Source: an uncultured virus (IMG/VR IMGVR_UViG_3300029775_000206) (taxonomy: Duplodnaviria > Heunggongvirae > Uroviricota > Caudoviricetes). From it: DNA of 64,000 nt. A model generated the notes under the pieces. It ran no database searches. It was given only the letters and a program-made list of their open reading frames with translations, and was not told the DNA's origin. Shown here piece by piece: positions 48,007 through 58,599 of the stretch (the first letter of the stretch is position 1; every line of letters begins with the position of its first letter). The stretch covers positions 1-64,000 of IMG/VR virus record IMGVR_UViG_3300029775_000206. One strand, written 5' to 3'. Position numbers and translations under genes: made by a program.

Positions 48007-49941
48007 TTAATCTTTTTTATAAAATTGGCACTCATAGCCATCGGCACTAAGCAATAGTCCTTTTGCCCAGGATGGAGTTCTTCCCATCTGTTCACAGACA
48101 GCAGAAAGGGACATCTTCATATCCGCCTCGATGATAATTTCATCATGTACATGAGCCACAATAAAGCAGTTCTTTAATGTCTGCATGGCATAACATAAAA
48201 TATCGCGGCTGATTGCCTGAACAATATTTTCTACAAACTTGGGTCCGTAGCTTTCAATTCTTTCCCATTTCTTCGTTCCGCCGACACCTTCATAAGTAAC
48301 AGCCTCACCGCCAAACACATTCTCTCCCATCCGAGGTTTCACATAGGCAAGCCGTCTGCCGGAAGGAAGGACAATAAAGAGCATCCCACTTTCATAGGTA
48401 AACTTGATACTGTGTGTTTCTGTGGGGATTTTCTGCTTAACACAGGTTTTCACGGCACGGTCAACATCCCACCAGAGTTTTGTGATATTGGGGTTGGACT
48501 GTCTCCAAGCTGTTACAAGAGCCTGCAGTTCATCTTCTTCAACTCCCATCTCCAAAGCGCCCATAGACTTTAATGCTCCAACAGACCCACCATAGCCAAG
48601 AGCGAGTTCGGCGATTTTTCCTTTCTGACGAAGATGTCCATTCACACCGTGTTTTTCAACAGGGACATGAAACATCTGAGATGCACTGGCACAGTAGATG
48701 TCACCACCCTTTTGGAATACCTCTGTTCTCCATTTTTCGCCTGCAAGCCAGGCGATGACGCGAGCCTCAATTGCTGAAAAGTCTGCAACTATGAATTTCA
48801 TACCATCTTGCGGTATAAAAGCGGTACGGATAAGTTCCGATAATACCTCAGGTACAGAATCATATAAAAGTGTAAGGGCATCAAAATTTCCACTGCGTAC
48901 TAAAGCGCGAGCCTGTTCCAAATCCGGCATATGGTTTTGAGGAAGGTTTTGTAATTGAATCAGCCTTCCTGAAAATCTGCCGGTTCTGTTGGCCCCGTAA
49001 AACTGAAACATCCCTCTGGCACGGCCGTCATGGCATACCGCATTTTCCATCGCCGTGTATTTCTTCACTGATGATTTGGCAAGCTGCTGACGAATCTCCA
49101 AAACAGTGCCTAGTGGTTCAGGTGCTGTCTTTAACATCTCTGCAACTGCCTTTTTACCAAGGGTATCTGTTTCTAGTCCATTATCAGCAAGCCAGTCTTT
49201 CATCTGCTGTACGGAGTTTGGATTCTCCAAGCTGGTTATATCCTGCATAAGAGCTGTCAGCTTTTCACGGGAATGCTCATCCATGGCAACAGCTTGTTTC
49301 ACAAAGGTCATATCAACGGCAATACCATGATCATTGATTTCCTGATCAAGATGATATTCTTTCCATACATTTTCCGGCACTGGGAACTTGGATAATTTTT
49401 GCTGTATCTGTGCCTCTGCTTCTACGTCACGGAGATTGTATGCTTTAAATCGCTTCCATTTATCCATGTCATGTTCCGGCAGATTACGAACTCGGCCGCC
49501 ATTTGATTTAGTAGGAGAACAAGGTGTACAGAAATATTTGATAAGATCTTTGCCCTCTGTCAACTTTTGCTTTTCCAATCCTAATACTGCACCGACACCT
49601 TCAAGGGATAATGGCAGTCCCATATATGCCGACCATATCATGGAGCATTTCCATGATAAAGGGTCAAGATATTCTGGAAGGTTAAGCCATTTTGATAGAC
49701 AAACTCTCTCAAACATTGCATTGAATGCCCACTTGGTAACGGAATCGTCCATAAGAGCATTGATAATTTCGTCCGGGATTTCCTCACCACAAGCAAGGTC
49801 AACCACCTGCACTTCGCTGCCATCCACCGAATAACCAAATAGAAGAATTTCAAAATCATCACTCTCGGCATAACGATAAACCCCGGACTTCTGAAGATTG
49901 ACACTTGAAAATGTTTCTATATCAATAGAAATAGATTTCAT
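48007..49941 (-). CDS. Family A DNA polymerase (phage type)
   Basis: DIET exonuclease motif, TGR, QNLP, DFSAIEAR, R..GK..ELALGYG, HVHDE. Confidence 0.93.
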   Translation of the reverse strand: MKSISIDIETFSSVNLQKSGVYRYAESDDFEILLFGYSVDGSEVQVVDLACGEEIPDEIINALMDDSVTKWAFNAMFERVCLSKWLNLPEYLDPLSWKCSMIWSAYMGLPLSLEGVGAVLGLEKQKLTEGKDLIKYFCTPCSPTKSNGGRVRNLPEHDMDKWKRFKAYNLRDVEAEAQIQQKLSKFPVPENVWKEYHLDQEINDHGIAVDMTFVKQAVAMDEHSREKLTALMQDITSLENPNSVQQMKDWLADNGLETDTLGKKAVAEMLKTAPEPLGTVLEIRQQLAKSSVKKYTAMENAVCHDGRARGMFQFYGANRTGRFSGRLIQLQNLPQNHMPDLEQARALVRSGNFDALTLLYDSVPEVLSELIRTAFIPQDGMKFIVADFSAIEARVIAWLAGEKWRTEVFQKGGDIYCASASQMFHVPVEKHGVNGHLRQKGKIAELALGYGGSVGALKSMGALEMGVEEDELQALVTAWRQSNPNITKLWWDVDRAVKTCVKQKIPTETHSIKFTYESGMLFIVLPSGRRLAYVKPRMGENVFGGEAVTYEGVGGTKKWERIESYGPKFVENIVQAISRDILCYAMQTLKNCFIVAHVHDEIIIEADMKMSLSAVCEQMGRTPSWAKGLLLSADGYECQFYKKD

Positions 49942-50024
49942 ATATTAAATACCGTCCTTTCCAATGCAAACGAGGCGGCAGAAGAACATTCTCCGCCGCC
50001 TCGTCTGCATTCATTATTTAGCTG

Positions 50025-50573
50025 TTATGCCAAGAAATCATCATCTTCAACAGTGGTAAAATCGTCAGCTGCATTGGTTCTGCTGCCTAATGGCTCGCCG
50101 TCCTTAATCTTCTGGATATTGCCAAGTCCGCAGGCTACACCTTTGTTGCCATTAGAATTGAAAGCATAAAAATTTAAAGATACTCTTGCATAACAGCCGC
50201 TGTATACCTCATTGCGGTCTAGGATAGGCCTTACTGCTTTGTCTACAATCTGAGGAGCAGTATTGCTGTTGGCATTTATAAAATAATGACCTTTGTAAGC
50301 CTCATCCTCACGCTCCACATCACCATCTCTAAGAGGGAGCTTGATGGCAGCCTTATTCGGTTTCTTACCGCCGAATTTTGCAACACCCTCTTCAATTGCT
50401 GCATCTACTGCTGCATTGACTGCATTGATGGTTTCCTTATCTGTCTTAGGAATCAATACCGATACGCTGTACTTTTCTGCTCCGCCATTGATGGATACCG
50501 GTTCCCAGCCGTGAAAGTAGCTGAGACGCGTGTTTACACTTGTAACAACCTTAGTTCTGGTTTGATTATTCAT
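50025..50573 (-). CDS. DUF2815 family ssDNA-binding protein
   Basis: RLSY, LRDGD, YSGCY, G...GL.N.Q, acidic tail. Confidence 0.85.
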   Translation of the reverse strand: MNNQTRTKVVTSVNTRLSYFHGWEPVSINGGAEKYSVSVLIPKTDKETINAVNAAVDAAIEEGVAKFGGKKPNKAAIKLPLRDGDVEREDEAYKGHYFINANSNTAPQIVDKAVRPILDRNEVYSGCYARVSLNFYAFNSNGNKGVACGLGNIQKIKDGEPLGSRTNAADDFTTVEDDDFLA

Positions 50574-51714
50574 ATTCTAATTCCTCCGTTATTTCGTTAA
50601 ATTCGTTTTTTACGTTTGATACGTTCATAGTCGGACGCTTATCCGAAAGTGGGACCAGAGTCGGCTTGCCCGGTGGTTTATATATGAGGTCACCGAGGAT
50701 TTCCTCAAATTTTGTCCTTCCCATCAGCTTCTGCATTTCCGTAAGAGTAATGAGGTTCTGACGGTAGATATCCTTATAGCCGTTTGCTTTGGCTGCTTCA
50801 GCCACGGAATCTTCATCCTTATATTTGCGGACAGATCTGCCCTCGACTATCTTAAAACCATCCCACACTTTTCCATGATTGACTGCAGCATCCGTGGCAT
50901 AAGCCATGATTTCATTTGCCCACTTCGTAATGTCAGATAGTTTGGATAAAACTTCCTCAATTTCAGAGTCTGTAAGCAGGGGCGGCAGTTTAAATTCCGA
51001 TTGTGCCAGTTTCAGCTTTTCATCCGCTCTTGCACGGCATTTAACAGCTGCTCGGCAGAAGGTGCACCATTCACCCGGGAGATATTCACCTTCACCGTTA
51101 TAGGCCATCTTTGCCTTTGGTCTCAGTTCATTTTCTGCCCAGTTTATTAATTCTTCTGCCGAGATAGTCCATGTGCTGATATTCTCTCTTCGTGGCTGGA
51201 AGATGGTCATGGAAACCTCCTCGATATCATACAGGCTATCGTAGATTTCCAAAGCACCAAGTGCATACAATTTCATCTGCGGATTTTCCACCGCGTCCAC
51301 TAACACACCCATGCCATACTTAAAATCGATAATATGGAGTTTTTTATCAGCAATGATGATGCAGTCACCAGTTCCGAACCCCTGCGGCACATAGCAGGAA
51401 AAATCAAGATGCTGTTCAATAAGTACCAGCGGGTCTTTACAGCTTTGCTTTGCCAATGCAAGCTGCTCCAATACAAATTCCACATAGGCATCACTGTGTT
51501 CTTCCATTTCATCGGTGTTATAATCTGAAACGGGACGCTTGCTTCTCATATGAAGTGCCTTTTTAAGTTTATGTTCACAAAGAGCGTGGGCAGCTGTTCC
51601 TTCGGCTGCTGCACTGGTTTCGTTATCTTTAAACTCCAGTTCCAATCTTGCAGATGGAAGGCACTGGAGCCACCTATGCGACCCAGATGCTGAAAGTACT
51701 GCATGATCACTCAT
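50566..51714 (-). CDS. DUF2800 family PD-(D/E)xK exonuclease
   Basis: GTAAH, FGTGD, IDFKYG, Q.KLY, C.FC.....C. Confidence 0.85.
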   Translation of the reverse strand: MSDHAVLSASGSHRWLQCLPSARLELEFKDNETSAAAEGTAAHALCEHKLKKALHMRSKRPVSDYNTDEMEEHSDAYVEFVLEQLALAKQSCKDPLVLIEQHLDFSCYVPQGFGTGDCIIIADKKLHIIDFKYGMGVLVDAVENPQMKLYALGALEIYDSLYDIEEVSMTIFQPRRENISTWTISAEELINWAENELRPKAKMAYNGEGEYLPGEWCTFCRAAVKCRARADEKLKLAQSEFKLPPLLTDSEIEEVLSKLSDITKWANEIMAYATDAAVNHGKVWDGFKIVEGRSVRKYKDEDSVAEAAKANGYKDIYRQNLITLTEMQKLMGRTKFEEILGDLIYKPPGKPTLVPLSDKRPTMNVSNVKNEFNEITEELEYE

Positions 51715-52030
51715 TGCCAAGTACCTCCGCATCTTTCAGCATATCTGCATAATGCTCCGGAGCTACTTCGCTTAATTTAGAACCGCCGTATTTTTTGATG
51801 ATTTCTCTCACTTCTGCGGTAAGACCGGCTTGGCTCTTTTCAGCAAGCTTGGCTCTGACTTCCTCCAGTGTGATTTCTTTGTTCTTTGGCTCAGATTCTT
51901 TTGAAACTGCAGCAGGTTCTTCCGTTTCGGCAGGTTCATTGCCCGCCATTACATCTGCCACCGCCTGCAGGCTGTCTGCCAAAGAACGCATATCAGAAAC
52001 CACATCAAGGAGTAACTTGATTTTACTCAT
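51707..52030 (-). CDS. Conserved phage hypothetical protein
   Basis: LEEVRAKLAEKS...YG..KLS. Confidence 0.7.
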   Translation of the reverse strand: MSKIKLLLDVVSDMRSLADSLQAVADVMAGNEPAETEEPAAVSKESEPKNKEITLEEVRAKLAEKSQAGLTAEVREIIKKYGGSKLSEVAPEHYADMLKDAEVLGNE

Positions 52031-52232
52031 GGCTTATTCCTCCTTCCTGAGTCTCACAGATGGCAAGTTCCTGTACGGTATCACCTGGAACAAGGATAGT
52101 CAGCTTCTGCTTATCACCAAGTAAGAAACGAAGGAAACGCTCCCTTATGGTGACATTGCGGCAAGTTACAATCCCGCCAGACTGTGGATGTTTTGAAACA
52201 CTGATTTTTAAGCTGTGTTTCATGTTGTTCAC
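52023..52232 (-). CDS. Conserved phage hypothetical protein
   Basis: RBS, operonic position, ILVPGD.V. Confidence 0.65.
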   Translation of the reverse strand: MNNMKHSLKISVSKHPQSGGIVTCRNVTIRERFLRFLLGDKQKLTILVPGDTVQELAICETQEGGISHE

Positions 52233-52262
52233 CTCTCTCCGAGAGCGTTTATTTGCTGCCCT

Positions 52263-52298
52263 CTACCTTTTAGCCTTGGGAAGAGGGGAAAGTTGAGG
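52263..52298 (-). promoter_or_regulatory. Conserved phage promoter-like motif, copy 3
   Basis: CCTCAACTT-14 bp-GGCTA-AA-AGGTAG, overlapping the end of the sigma-like gene. Confidence 0.7.
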
Positions 52299-52803
52299 AT
52301 TTAGGGAAAACTTTTTTGAAATTCTTAATTGCAGTTTCCATACGGTGCGAAATGGCACTGACTGAAACACCTTCACGCTTCGCATAATCAGTTAAAGATA
52401 TCTCATCTAAATAAATGGAAATAAGAAGTTCAGCCTGCTTTGGCTTCAATGTCTTGCGAATAATATCACGTATGTACTCATAGTCAGCTTTCCTATTGCG
52501 GGCATCTTCATCAGAATTGTCGGGGAAATAGTCCATATGATCCGTTTCGTCCTCAGTCTCATCATCTTTGCGGAACTTTTTCTTAGGCATTCCACGATAA
52601 CGGTCAAATTTGTGCCAGTTGTTGTACTCCGGTTTATTAAACTGCTCATCAATAATTGCTTGGACAGAACGGCGAGCCACAGTTTCTTTGTCCTCAGCAG
52701 AAGATAGCCTGTCTTCATAATCTGCGTCAATCATTATGGTGCAGTCCTCATCCGGTACCTCCAGATAGGTAGGTTTGTTGTCATACAGAATTCTAATTTT
52801 CAT
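52270..52803 (-). CDS. Sigma-70 region 4-like protein
   Basis: C-terminal LKPKQ....YL...S..YA.REGVS.SAISHR HTH; start taken at MKIRIL. Confidence 0.75.
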   Translation of the reverse strand: MKIRILYDNKPTYLEVPDEDCTIMIDADYEDRLSSAEDKETVARRSVQAIIDEQFNKPEYNNWHKFDRYRGMPKKKFRKDDETEDETDHMDYFPDNSDEDARNRKADYEYIRDIIRKTLKPKQAELLISIYLDEISLTDYAKREGVSVSAISHRMETAIKNFKKVFPKSSTFPSSQG

Positions 52804-53095
52804 TTTGCATTGCATCCTTTCCGCCGGACTGCATTGGCAGCAAAGGATACAAAAATAGGTCCGTGCCAGAAGTACACAGACCCTTTTATCCTGAAAATGA
52901 GCGCAACAAGGGAAGGTACTTCTATTGCACCGCCACAGTCCTTGCAGACTGGAGCGAGACAATATGTATCCTTTGCCTTATTGCAAATCAGGCATTTGAT
53001 ATTTTTTTGTAGACGGGGAGCGGTCGAATTTAGCTGCTTATGAAGAACCTTTCCTTCGTCTAAAATTATTGTAAGTGAAAAAAGGACAACCAGGA

Positions 53096-53254
53096 CGGAC
53101 ACCTCATGTCCGCTTTTTTAAGGCCAAAACCACTATTTTTCTATGAAGAATAGTGAAAAAAGCATAAAAAAGAGCCATACACAAACCCTTTTAGTAGGAT
53201 TCATGTATGGCTCATATAGATATAGCTATAAAAAAAACGGACATCCCGTGTCCG
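53096..53254. promoter_or_regulatory. Two palindromic operators CGGACA-N5-TGTCCG flanking a terminator-like hairpin
   Basis: Operators at 53096-53112 and 53238-53254; GAGCCATAC...GTATGGCTC hairpin between them. Confidence 0.75.
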
Positions 53255-53278
53255 CTTTTTCAAAAATGTTTTGAACTT

Positions 53279-55147
53279 TTATAATGGGTCTGCACCGTGT
53301 TCTTGTAAAAAGTTTCTAATCTCATCCATTGGCTTTGCATAAAGATGGGTAAGTGCAAGCCTATACCATATATGACTATTATTGTTGTAATTCAGTGAGA
53401 ATGGTGAGTTCTTAATAATATGATTGCTGATTTCCGGTGGGAGATGAAGTCCAAGGCAAATTAAAAGGATGGAATTAAGCGACCCTTGATTTTCCCCATT
53501 GACAATTCGACTTATCGTTTTGGAACTCAGCATTGTTCTCTTCTCTAATTCTACAAAGGTAACGTTCTTCCAATCAATTACAATTTCAAGGGATTTTGTA
53601 AAACTGTTAGGAAGTTCATTGTAGACTCGCATTTCATCCGCTAATGTGTCAGCTAGTATTTGGGCTTTCCTTTCCGGGGCCGCATACTCAAAACCGTTAC
53701 AATACTTTATGTCAAAATCAATATTTGATGATTTGTCACGGTTGAGGAAGCACTCACTGTGGTATCTTTCTTTACAGCCTGACTTGATTGATAAATCGAA
53801 AACCAAACAGCATTCTTCCATATTGTTTCGTGCAAAATTGGTTAATGCCATAGCCCCATTTTCATCCTGGGTCAAATACCTTGGATGATTTAGAACAAAG
53901 TGAGAATCAACGTATAGATAGCTGCCGTCTCTTACCAAATCAGCCATTGCTGGATTGGCTATGCTTTGAATTGCAGCATCCTCTGCACCAATCGAAAACG
54001 TCTGATTCCTTTGGAGTGTCCCTTTCCTAAACTTATGTGGCTTTACATAATGACCGTCTATGTAGGTAAAGGTACCAATAGCTTCCTCATATCCTGCATC
54101 AATCATGCGAATTTTAGCTGCGGTACGAGAGACACAGAAAAATGCAGCCAGAGCATCAATCACTGGTTCCATAATATCTATAAGTTCAAACGTTCCAAGT
54201 TCTGCACGAAACTGCTTAATAAACTCAAATGCCTTTGTCTTAAACGTTGAAATAGGCATTTGAATCCTTGGTGCGAGAGCATTTGCCTGCCATTCCATCC
54301 AATCAGTCGCATCTCTGTTATTGTCTTTTATACCGCCTACTACCTGGCACTTGATTCGCGTGGCATTGCTGTTATACAACCGTTCCAGTTCAAATGCTTT
54401 TCTGTGCTGATCCCAATGAACACACTCATGCACAATGGTGTTATTGACTGATCCAAGATTACGAAGGAAGTACGCTTTTGGATCCACGAAGATGGTACGG
54501 GCATCCACATGAGCCTGTACCATTTCATCACTGTCTTCATCGTAAAATTCTGCATCACAGTCATGAAAGTATATCTGTCCAAAAACAGAGAAATCCTTTG
54601 TAATCTCTCTCATTTTCACTGCAAGGCCCATCTTTTCTGCCAGCACTTGTGGTTCAATTGCCATTGGGGTTTTTAATGCTTCTGGGTAATGTCTGCGTAG
54701 GAAGTCTGCAGCAACGAATTCAAGCTGCTCCTTATTAATGATGGGTACAAGAGAGTCCGACATAGGTTTTGGCTGTTTATTTTTGCTGGTATACTCTGTT
54801 ACACTGGAGATTGTAAAATCATCCAAATTGCAGTCCAAATCTCCGGAGCACTTCAACATAAACCACTGCCTGCAATTTTCCGATTCATCATAGTGATAAT
54901 CTGACTCCCGAACCTCTAGTTCAGCTTCAACAGCAACATCAAATTCTATTTTCATATCCGGCAAATCATTAACAGAAACAAACTTTACTTCTATATCTGA
55001 CAATTCTATGCCGCCAATGTTTCGAACTTTGTATAACCGTAAGTCTAAATTCTCGTAGTTCTCTGCAGTATAGCTTTGTATGGCTGCAAATAATTCATTA
55101 TAGAATGTATCTGCCACATAATCTTTAAATGAACGATTACCCGCCAA
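53279..55147 (-). CDS. ImmA/IrrE-family metallopeptidase fused to a C-terminal XRE HTH
   Basis: HECVH, EWQAN.LA..I.MP; HTH-like TFVELEKRTMLSSKTISRI. Confidence 0.8.
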   Translation of the reverse strand: MAGNRSFKDYVADTFYNELFAAIQSYTAENYENLDLRLYKVRNIGGIELSDIEVKFVSVNDLPDMKIEFDVAVEAELEVRESDYHYDESENCRQWFMLKCSGDLDCNLDDFTISSVTEYTSKNKQPKPMSDSLVPIINKEQLEFVAADFLRRHYPEALKTPMAIEPQVLAEKMGLAVKMREITKDFSVFGQIYFHDCDAEFYDEDSDEMVQAHVDARTIFVDPKAYFLRNLGSVNNTIVHECVHWDQHRKAFELERLYNSNATRIKCQVVGGIKDNNRDATDWMEWQANALAPRIQMPISTFKTKAFEFIKQFRAELGTFELIDIMEPVIDALAAFFCVSRTAAKIRMIDAGYEEAIGTFTYIDGHYVKPHKFRKGTLQRNQTFSIGAEDAAIQSIANPAMADLVRDGSYLYVDSHFVLNHPRYLTQDENGAMALTNFARNNMEECCLVFDLSIKSGCKERYHSECFLNRDKSSNIDFDIKYCNGFEYAAPERKAQILADTLADEMRVYNELPNSFTKSLEIVIDWKNVTFVELEKRTMLSSKTISRIVNGENQGSLNSILLICLGLHLPPEISNHIIKNSPFSLNYNNNSHIWYRLALTHLYAKPMDEIRNFLQEHGADPL

Positions 55148-55333
55148 GACACTCCCCCCCCATTCATATAGAAAATATCTTAATGAATTTCCTTTATTGT
55201 AAATATTAGTTCATAGGTAAATTATAACATACATCATAGCTATCTCAATATTTATTTTGCATTCGTGAATTTTAATTGTCCCCTCACTAATTTTGTGATA
55301 AACTTTATTTAATAACTAAGGCGAGGTGACATT

Positions 55334-55564
55334 ATGTCCATAAGTTATAAAAAGCTTTGGAAACTTCTTATAGACAGAGACATGAAAAAGAAAGACTTGA
55401 GGGAAGCCGCAGGTATTAGTACAGCCTCAATGGCTAAGCTTGGCAAAAATGAAAATGTTAATACTGAAATTCTAATAAAAGTATGTAAGGCTCTTAGCTG
55501 TGACATTTCAGATATAATGGAGATTGTAGAAACTAAGGAAACCACATCAAGTGTAAAGGAGTAA
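55334..55564 (+). CDS. Cro/C1-type HTH regulator
   Basis: SYKKLWKLLID..MKK.DL...AGIS...ICK-like pattern. Confidence 0.88.
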   Translation: MSISYKKLWKLLIDRDMKKKDLREAAGISTASMAKLGKNENVNTEILIKVCKALSCDISDIMEIVETKETTSSVKE

Positions 55565-55568
55565 TCGA

Positions 55569-56717
55569 ATGAAACTGTTATATTCAAATATCCTGCCCCT
55601 TGCTACATTAGAGGGCCAAGATACAATTATTGACTGTTTTAATGAACAAATCGCAAAATCGGACCGGGTTGAAATTGCGGTTGGATACATCTCTCGTGCT
55701 TCCTTGGAAGAACTGGACCACCTGGTCGAAGAACACAATATATCTAGTATATGCCTTACTATTGGTATGTACTTCATTGAAGGTATGCCAGAAGGATCCT
55801 TCAATGAAGCTTTACAACTGAACAAAAAATGGAGAGAGTCAGGCATTGGTGAAATTAGGATTGTAAAGGCATTTAAGTACCATGGTAAATTATACTGTTT
55901 CTATAAAGATGGACAACCTTTTTCAGCTATCATTGGTTCTGCAAACTTAGGTGTAATCAAATTAGATGCCAATAACCGCCGACAGTATGAAATCTCATCA
56001 ATTACTGATGATGCTGCTGAATGCAGAGAAATTGCAGATTTTATAGAGAGACTAAAAATACAGAATTGCTCAGATAATATTGCCAGCATAACAGGAATGC
56101 CAATAATCAGGGAGGTTAACACATCACTTAGTGGCATTGATATGGTAACACAAATTCCCCAAACTGGTGTACAGCTTTATGCACAGCATAAAACAGGTAT
56201 TTCATTTGTTCTGCCGATAAAAGTTCCTGCTTATGATGAGCGGCACATGGACGATGGCAAGCATTTTACGAAATCAAATATTAATGTCAGCTATGCCGCA
56301 CCGAGAAGCAAGAGAAAATCCCGTGATTGGTATGAGACCCAGCTGACCGTGAGCAAAGAAATAACTCGCTCCGAGGGATATCCTGAAAAGAACAAGACTT
56401 TCTTTGTTGTTACCGATGACGGCTATTGGTTTAAGGCTCATACTACAAGTGATGGAAATAAACAGTTCAGTGCTGTTGGCGATGAACTTATTCTTGGCCG
56501 TTGGATTAAGGGCAGGCTTGCGGCTGCAGGACTTGTAACGCCTGTGAATGATACCCAAGCTGATACAGACCGTAAGGGCATGATTACGAAAGAAATGTTG
56601 CAAGCATATGGCTGCGATAGTCTTGTGCTTTCTAAAACCGACCAGAAAGCATTGGACGAAGACGGCTCTGAACTTGATGTATGGGTTTTATCATTTGAAA
56701 CAACTGCTAACGAATGA
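55569..56717 (+). CDS. PLD-family restriction endonuclease (NgoFVII/NgoAVII/CglI-like)
   Basis: AVGY, HGKLY, IGSANL; B3-like C-terminal region VVTDDGY.F. Confidence 0.82.
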   Translation: MKLLYSNILPLATLEGQDTIIDCFNEQIAKSDRVEIAVGYISRASLEELDHLVEEHNISSICLTIGMYFIEGMPEGSFNEALQLNKKWRESGIGEIRIVKAFKYHGKLYCFYKDGQPFSAIIGSANLGVIKLDANNRRQYEISSITDDAAECREIADFIERLKIQNCSDNIASITGMPIIREVNTSLSGIDMVTQIPQTGVQLYAQHKTGISFVLPIKVPAYDERHMDDGKHFTKSNINVSYAAPRSKRKSRDWYETQLTVSKEITRSEGYPEKNKTFFVVTDDGYWFKAHTTSDGNKQFSAVGDELILGRWIKGRLAAAGLVTPVNDTQADTDRKGMITKEMLQAYGCDSLVLSKTDQKALDEDGSELDVWVLSFETTANE

Positions 56718-58585
56718 GAGGTGCGGCTATGCAATACTTAAAAACATACCTTCAAAAGATTACAGACCGAGGCAATGTAAAATTAGCGGAGTCCATTTTA
56801 AAAACTGCTGAAGATGTTGGAAATCAGCATATTCGCAATTTTTCATTTACAAGTCATGAGATTGGTCTGTTGTTTGGCAATGTACAATCTGGAAAAACTG
56901 GTCAGATGTTTGGCATCATGTGCAAAGCCGCAGACTTAGGTTTTCCTGCGTTTATCTTACTCACTACGGATAATGTTGCTTTACAGCAGCAAACCTTGGA
57001 ACGTGTCAAAGACGATTTAGACGGTTTCTGTATTTGCGGTGAAAATGACTCAAGGCTGTTTGTTGAGAATAGCCTTGTCAAGCCAGCGATTGTCGTTTTA
57101 AAGAAAAATTCAAGAATGCTGAGACTGTGGGCAAATGTATTTAATTCCACGGGCTTCATGAAGGGAAATCCTCTCTTCATAGTTGACGACGAGGCAGATG
57201 CCGCTTCCTTGAATACACTTGTAAACCGAAATGGTCAGTCATCAATTAATAGGTATTTGGATTCTATAAAGAATGGTGCATCAAGCAGTTTATATATGCA
57301 GGTTACCGGTACTCCCCAGGCAATCTTACTACAGACACTTGCTTCCGGGTGGCATCCATATTTTACATATTACTTCCGTCCCGGCGATGGCTATTTAGGC
57401 GGGGACTTTTTCTTCCCGACAAGCGGTAAACCTGAATGCATTGATTATCTTGAATCAATCAAACGACCGACAAGAAGTGTTGTTATACGCCATCTTGCTG
57501 TTTCTGCTCAGATTTTAGCATCTAACGGCAAAGTATCAAATTGCCTTATACATCCGAGTGTACGTCAAGCTGTTCACCAGCGCTTTGCTGACGACGTCAC
57601 AAAAGAACTAAATTGGTGTATTGAACATATCAATGATGAATTCATCACAGAATTACAAACCCACTATGATGCTTTAGCACCCAACAAAAGCGAGAAACTT
57701 CCGTTTGATGTTATCTATAAAACTGCTAAGAACTTGATGGAAAACAAATGTATAAAAATTCTTGTTATGAATGGCAAGACTGATGTTGAGAGTCCCGAAT
57801 ATGCAGCAGGCTGTAATTTTATCATCGGCGGAAACACTCTGGGCCGAGGTGTAACTTTTCCAGGGCTGCAGACAATTTACTATACAAGAACAAGCAAAAA
57901 GCCTCAGGCTGACACTATGTGGCAGCATAGCCGGATGTTCGGTTATGACAGAGACCCTGGCATGATGAAGATATTTATAGATGAACAACTTTATAAACTA
58001 TTTGCAGATATTAATGCTACTAACAATGCCATCATTGCTCAAGTAGAGCAAGGAATTGATAATATTAAAATCTATTATCCGGTTGGATTGAATCCAACTA
58101 GAAGGAATGTTCTTGACAACAAACGAGTCAATATTCTCTCTGGTGGAACAAACTATTATCCGTTCTATCCAGATAATGACTCTATAGAGGATATATCAAA
58201 ACTATTGGAGCCTTTCTCTGATGATGAACCTTATTACCAAGTAAATTTGAGACTGATTAAGAAAATTTTGACCCATATTATTGCCAGTCCGGATTTTAAG
58301 TTGGACGCATTCCTTTCTGTCATTGACACATTTCTTTCAGAGCAGCCTGCGGGACAGGGTATTTTGATAGTTAGAAGAGAAAGAAATGTAGCACAAGGCA
58401 CGGGTGCATTATTGTCTCCAAACGACTGGAAACTTGGCGGCACTTTCCCCAACAAAGTTGTCCTTACCATGTATCAAGTAACTGGTACTAAGGGATGGGG
58501 CGGAAAAGCTCTCTGGGTGCCAAATATTAAACTTCCTCATGATACAATGTATTATGATGTGTGTGAAGATAATACAGAAGCATAG
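56714..58585 (+). CDS. SF2 ATPase with Z1 domain (N.NgoAVII/H.CglI-like)
   Basis: GNVQSGKT, DDEAD.ASLN, TGTPQA, GG..LGRG.T..GL, Q..RMFGY. Confidence 0.88.
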   Translation: MRGAAMQYLKTYLQKITDRGNVKLAESILKTAEDVGNQHIRNFSFTSHEIGLLFGNVQSGKTGQMFGIMCKAADLGFPAFILLTTDNVALQQQTLERVKDDLDGFCICGENDSRLFVENSLVKPAIVVLKKNSRMLRLWANVFNSTGFMKGNPLFIVDDEADAASLNTLVNRNGQSSINRYLDSIKNGASSSLYMQVTGTPQAILLQTLASGWHPYFTYYFRPGDGYLGGDFFFPTSGKPECIDYLESIKRPTRSVVIRHLAVSAQILASNGKVSNCLIHPSVRQAVHQRFADDVTKELNWCIEHINDEFITELQTHYDALAPNKSEKLPFDVIYKTAKNLMENKCIKILVMNGKTDVESPEYAAGCNFIIGGNTLGRGVTFPGLQTIYYTRTSKKPQADTMWQHSRMFGYDRDPGMMKIFIDEQLYKLFADINATNNAIIAQVEQGIDNIKIYYPVGLNPTRRNVLDNKRVNILSGGTNYYPFYPDNDSIEDISKLLEPFSDDEPYYQVNLRLIKKILTHIIASPDFKLDAFLSVIDTFLSEQPAGQGILIVRRERNVAQGTGALLSPNDWKLGGTFPNKVVLTMYQVTGTKGWGGKALWVPNIKLPHDTMYYDVCEDNTEA

Positions 58586-58599
58586 GAGGACAAGCATGG

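Noticed and set aside
50566..51714. cas4
   Set aside because: The Cas4-like nuclease motifs sit in the standard DUF2800-DUF2815-PolA phage replication block.
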